In this document: positions 60,340 to 64,000 of the stretch, in pieces
Position numbering within the stretch: the stretch's first letter is position 1
How the letters are laid out: the number at the start of each line of letters is the position of its first letter
Source: Alloascoidea hylecoeti
Taxonomy: Eukaryota
NCBI GenBank assembly: GCA_001600815.1
Contig: BCKZ01000003.1
Coordinates: 1,289,474 to 1,353,473 of the forward strand
DNA length: 64,000 nucleotides
Direction of reading: 5' to 3'
The notes under the pieces: model-generated
What the model was told of the DNA's origin: nothing
Database searches by the model: none
Seen by the model: only the letters and a program-made list of their open reading frames with translations
Made by a program: the position numbers and the translations under genes

Positions 60340-61716
60340 TTATAGTAAATATGTTATACCTGGTAATGCAATACTAAAAATACAACCAAGGTTTTTTTCT
60401 TTTGCCTTTTGATCTAAAATATGTAATATTCTTTGTCTTGGTTCTTTCCCAGTTTCAGTATCTTCTTTAACATGATTTATAATAATATTTAAACCAGATA
60501 ATGCTGCAGTTGTCTCAGGTTTTCTTTTAGTTAATCTTAAATTTAAATATGAATAAAAAGATCTTCTTGAACTACTAAAATCCGAATCAGAAGATGATGA
60601 AGATATATTTTTTGATTTATTATTATGATTTTTATTTTTTAAATTTTTTAAAACTTTTTCATTTAAATTTTCTAATTCATCAATTAAATAACATGGAGAT
60701 AAATGACCAAATAATTTATCAATATCAGGTTCATCAAAATATGAACATTCAATAATTATAGCAGATAATTTATTATTAATTATTAAATTTGATGCTTTTT
60801 CCCATATTAAATCATTTAAATTTGATGATGAAATTGAATCAGGTTCAACATCACCAAATATTAATATATAATTTTTAGAAATTTCATCTCTTATAAAATA
60901 AGCAGTTGATTCATATTTATGTTGAAAAATTGTTGATGATGAAGATGTATCATTAATATTAATTATTTGATCATTTTCAGGATATTTTCCATGAGATATT
61001 GGATAAGCACAAGCAAATAAATTCTCAGCAACTTTTTCATAATTTTCATAATTTTGATTATTTGATTTTAAAATATTTAAAGATAAAAATCCAGTTGATC
61101 CAGGACCAATATTAGTTAAATTTGGCCATATTATTCCATTAAAAATATGTTTTTGAATTGCGGAGATTGTTGATTCAAAACCAAATATTCGTTTTTTGGA
61201 TTGTTTTGTTAAATCAGCTGTCCCTATAACCAAGCCAGCAATATGATCGAGATGTGGATGGGTTAAACAAAATGAGGCGATGTATTCAGATAATATAAAT
61301 GAAGAATTTGAAATTATTGAATTATAGGGTAAATAGGATATTGGAAATGGAGAGTTTGTAACAGTACAGCGAATATAATGAGAAAGTGGACGAGAATCTG
61401 AATAAAATCGTAATATTTTTGGGGTTGATATTGTATTCCAAAGAGATGGGGGGTTAGAGTTGGAAGATCCCAAACAATTAATATTAGAAGCCGTTGTTGA
61501 AAGGCGATGATGCCGACGAAACCTGTTTTGAGCCTGGATTTGAGATTCGAGGATGGAAGCAATATTCGAAAGTAGGGAACCACCGTCCACACTCACTATA
61601 CAGTTAGGACACCAAGAAGTCTGATAGGATTTCAGCAGATACGAGGAAGTGGCACCGTCGAAGGGTCCTCCACTTGACCCCAGGACAGTGAACTGGAAGG
61701 AGTGGCCAGAGGGCAT
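60340..61716 (-). CDS. PDE1: class II (low-affinity) cAMP phosphodiesterase
   Basis: FTVLGSSGGP, THPHLDHIAGL, HIFNGIIWPNL, FGDVEPD, IIECSY, LFGHLSP. ATG 61716 preferred. Confidence 0.93.
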   Translation of the reverse strand: MPSGHSFQFTVLGSSGGPFDGATSSYLLKSYQTSWCPNCIVSVDGGSLLSNIASILESQIQAQNRFRRHHRLSTTASNINCLGSSNSNPPSLWNTISTPKILRFYSDSRPLSHYIRCTVTNSPFPISYLPYNSIISNSSFILSEYIASFCLTHPHLDHIAGLVIGTADLTKQSKKRIFGFESTISAIQKHIFNGIIWPNLTNIGPGSTGFLSLNILKSNNQNYENYEKVAENLFACAYPISHGKYPENDQIININDTSSSSTIFQHKYESTAYFIRDEISKNYILIFGDVEPDSISSSNLNDLIWEKASNLIINNKLSAIIIECSYFDEPDIDKLFGHLSPCYLIDELENLNEKVLKNLKNKNHNNKSKNISSSSSDSDFSSSRRSFYSYLNLRLTKRKPETTAALSGLNIIINHVKEDTETGKEPRQRILHILDQKAKEKNLGCIFSIALPGITYLL

Positions 61717-62519
61717 GGTATAAGTATGTAAATAACAAAAGCACAAACCGGGGGTGGTCTCAGAAGAGCTGCCAGGGATCTCGATGACTCGATGGTATGG
61801 CAGTTAATTGCAACTGCTGGGCGATGTCGGGTGCTGGTGATTCAGGAAAACAGACGTGAAATTTATGCACGGTGTTTGATATTTCCACGTAAAAGGATCT
61901 TCTATTATCGCGACCTTCCAGACAATCGACAATCACACGATTATCCTTATCACTCCCATCCACGGTTTTAGGTGTAGAAGTGTAGTTGCTCGGGGGGGCG
62001 GAGGCCACGCGGAGGCCACGCGGGGCCTGTCTACGGAGACATATACCACTGAAATGCTGGAAGTGTTCCAGAAGGCTTCCACCATCTTCCTTTTTGGGAC
62101 GAGCTCACAGCTGATCATGAAATTATCTCAAAAAATAGAAATTGGGCAGTCGTCAGCTGTTTTTCAACAACTATTTGACAAAAGGTGCAACTTTTTTTAG
62201 GCGTAACTGCTACAACATGGTCTTTAAAATCCATTAATATTTACAGGGTATGTGCTAAATATACACGAAATACATTGAATACCTCTCTATGAATTAATAA
62301 ACAAAAAGCTGTGAAACGAGAAACAGATGGCTACTAGGAAATAGAGCTGAAAGTGATAATTGTGTTCTTCAGCATAAAATTGGAACAGGAAGATTTTGAA
62401 AGTTGTGTTCTACGAAACTTTTCTCACGTCTAGTCAAACAGCAAATAGGGTTTATGTTATTCTTTGGTTTCTATTGGGTTATCCCCCATACCGGGTGGAA
62501 GCACTTAAAACTTCCGGAT

Positions 62520-62700
62520 ACTTTGGTATATGAATTATAAATATTTAGTTTCTGGCGCAACCGATTCTTCTTGTATAGTTAAGAAATCACCAGATTTCGA
62601 ACCAATAGATTGCTTGACACTACCAACGCAAATAATTACAAATTCTTCAACAATAATGGGTGTCGTCTTATACAAAGATTACACTGTACACTACACTAAA
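62520..62700 (+). pseudogene. degenerate WD40 fragment of the same family
   Basis: aaatatttagtttctggcgcaaccgattcttcttgtatagtt = KYLVSGATDSSCIV, then PDFEPI and LYKDY remnants. Confidence 0.75.
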
Positions 62701-64000
62701 GAAACTTGAATTATATCAATCTGAAATATTTTTATTTTTATTTTCATCGGCATCACATTTTTATTAACTAACTACTATAGGTAATCACAATTTAAAACAA
62801 ATTTAAACGGAGGGGTGAAGATTAAACTTCCATATGGATTCTACTTTCGTATCACTTTGCATAAAAATCGAAAGAATACAGAGTACTCTTCGATTCCCTC
62901 TTAAAATATAATGTTCCTTAAATTCTAGTTGTTCCACTGGTCTATGTTAATTCCGTCTTATGTTTAGTATTGGCATTACTCCCCTTAACTTCATTAAAGG
63001 CTGAAACTCTACCGGGCATGGAGTATTTTTTTGGTTCAAAGACCTGGCCTGACTTTGGTCCAGAATCTATAAGATCATTTTAATTGTCACAACACACTAT
63101 AGATATATAGGTTAGTTTCGTTATTCGTGGTTATAACAGAACAATATTGTAGCATCGTAGTATGATAACTCATCCGCGATCTACGCCGTATGCGGCCGTG
63201 GTACGTAAGCGGTTAAAAGATAATTTATTTCAATATTGTCGGAAGGTTTTTCAAAGCTCAATTGCTAAGCTGATTCAAATTTTATATGAAATGTTACACA
63301 AATATTAATGTAGACGGAAAAATCAGGTAGGCTGAGTAAATACAGCGTGTTTCTGGGAGGTTTCAGCGGTATCTTTAATTTCTTTATTGCTATTATTTTT
63401 TTTAATGAACCTACCTTCAAAATTCACTCTTCTTTTTGACTAAAATAAAATCTAAGACTTAACAACAAAAAAAGGAGTATGCGCCTTTAAATATATTGGG
63501 TTGCTTCGTCCCCAGCTAAAAATAAATACTCTATAGCTTAAGACTTCAGGCTTGTGTATCTATATTTCCTTATATGAAATACCTAGTATACGAGCTGTCA
63601 ATTAAATGAAGTTTAATACATATTCTTATTATTATGATTTTAAAAATTTCAAGATGCATAATAAATAATAAATATTCATAATTTAAGTAAGTAAAGCTGT
63701 CAGCATCATCAGATTAAGTATGTATGTGTTTACAAGCCTATTGAAAAAGGAAACACCAACCCCATTATTTTTTTTGAAGCCTACATAGAAATTGATGGGT
63801 CAGGGAGTCAGGGGGGAAGTCAGGGTCTGAAACTTAATAAGCTATGCATAATATGCAGTGCAATAGCTGGCCAATGGGCCATATTATTCTGAGATGAATA
63901 TGGAGGTTGATAGACCACGAATAAAAATTATGTCACTATTTTTACCATTACTAATTAATCTCTGTAAACATCACCAAGTAATTTTAAATTAATATTAATA

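Noticed and set aside
63170..63215. CG-rich patch with CCGTATGCGG quasi-palindrome
   Set aside because: Too short, with no linked gene or second copy in the window.

Overview
AT-rich eukaryotic window from an ascomycete yeast-like fungus (short spliceosomal introns; CUG read as Leu at conserved ACC1 positions). A core of housekeeping genes (TIM23, ACC1, RPA34, TFA2, an NBR1/Atg19-like autophagy receptor, a Zip2/SHOC1-like meiotic gene, an RTA1-family exporter, PDE1, two expansin-like secreted proteins) is interleaved with a large local expansion of intronless F-box/WD40 genes: 6 intact copies and at least 9 pseudogenes or fragments. The copies have conserved scaffold residues, variable propeller loops, patchwork near-identity between neighbours, shared flanking non-coding motifs and inverted fragments. 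The window also holds a rearranged Ty1/copia element (TAATC target-site duplication, apparent TG...CT LTR, primer-binding site matching a tRNA-Ser(IGA) half-molecule with C opposite the inosine), a dead Tc1-like transposase, and two paralogous genes with a C-terminal MuDR/FAR1-like Zn domain. All family calls come from motif recognition by eye. No searches were run.
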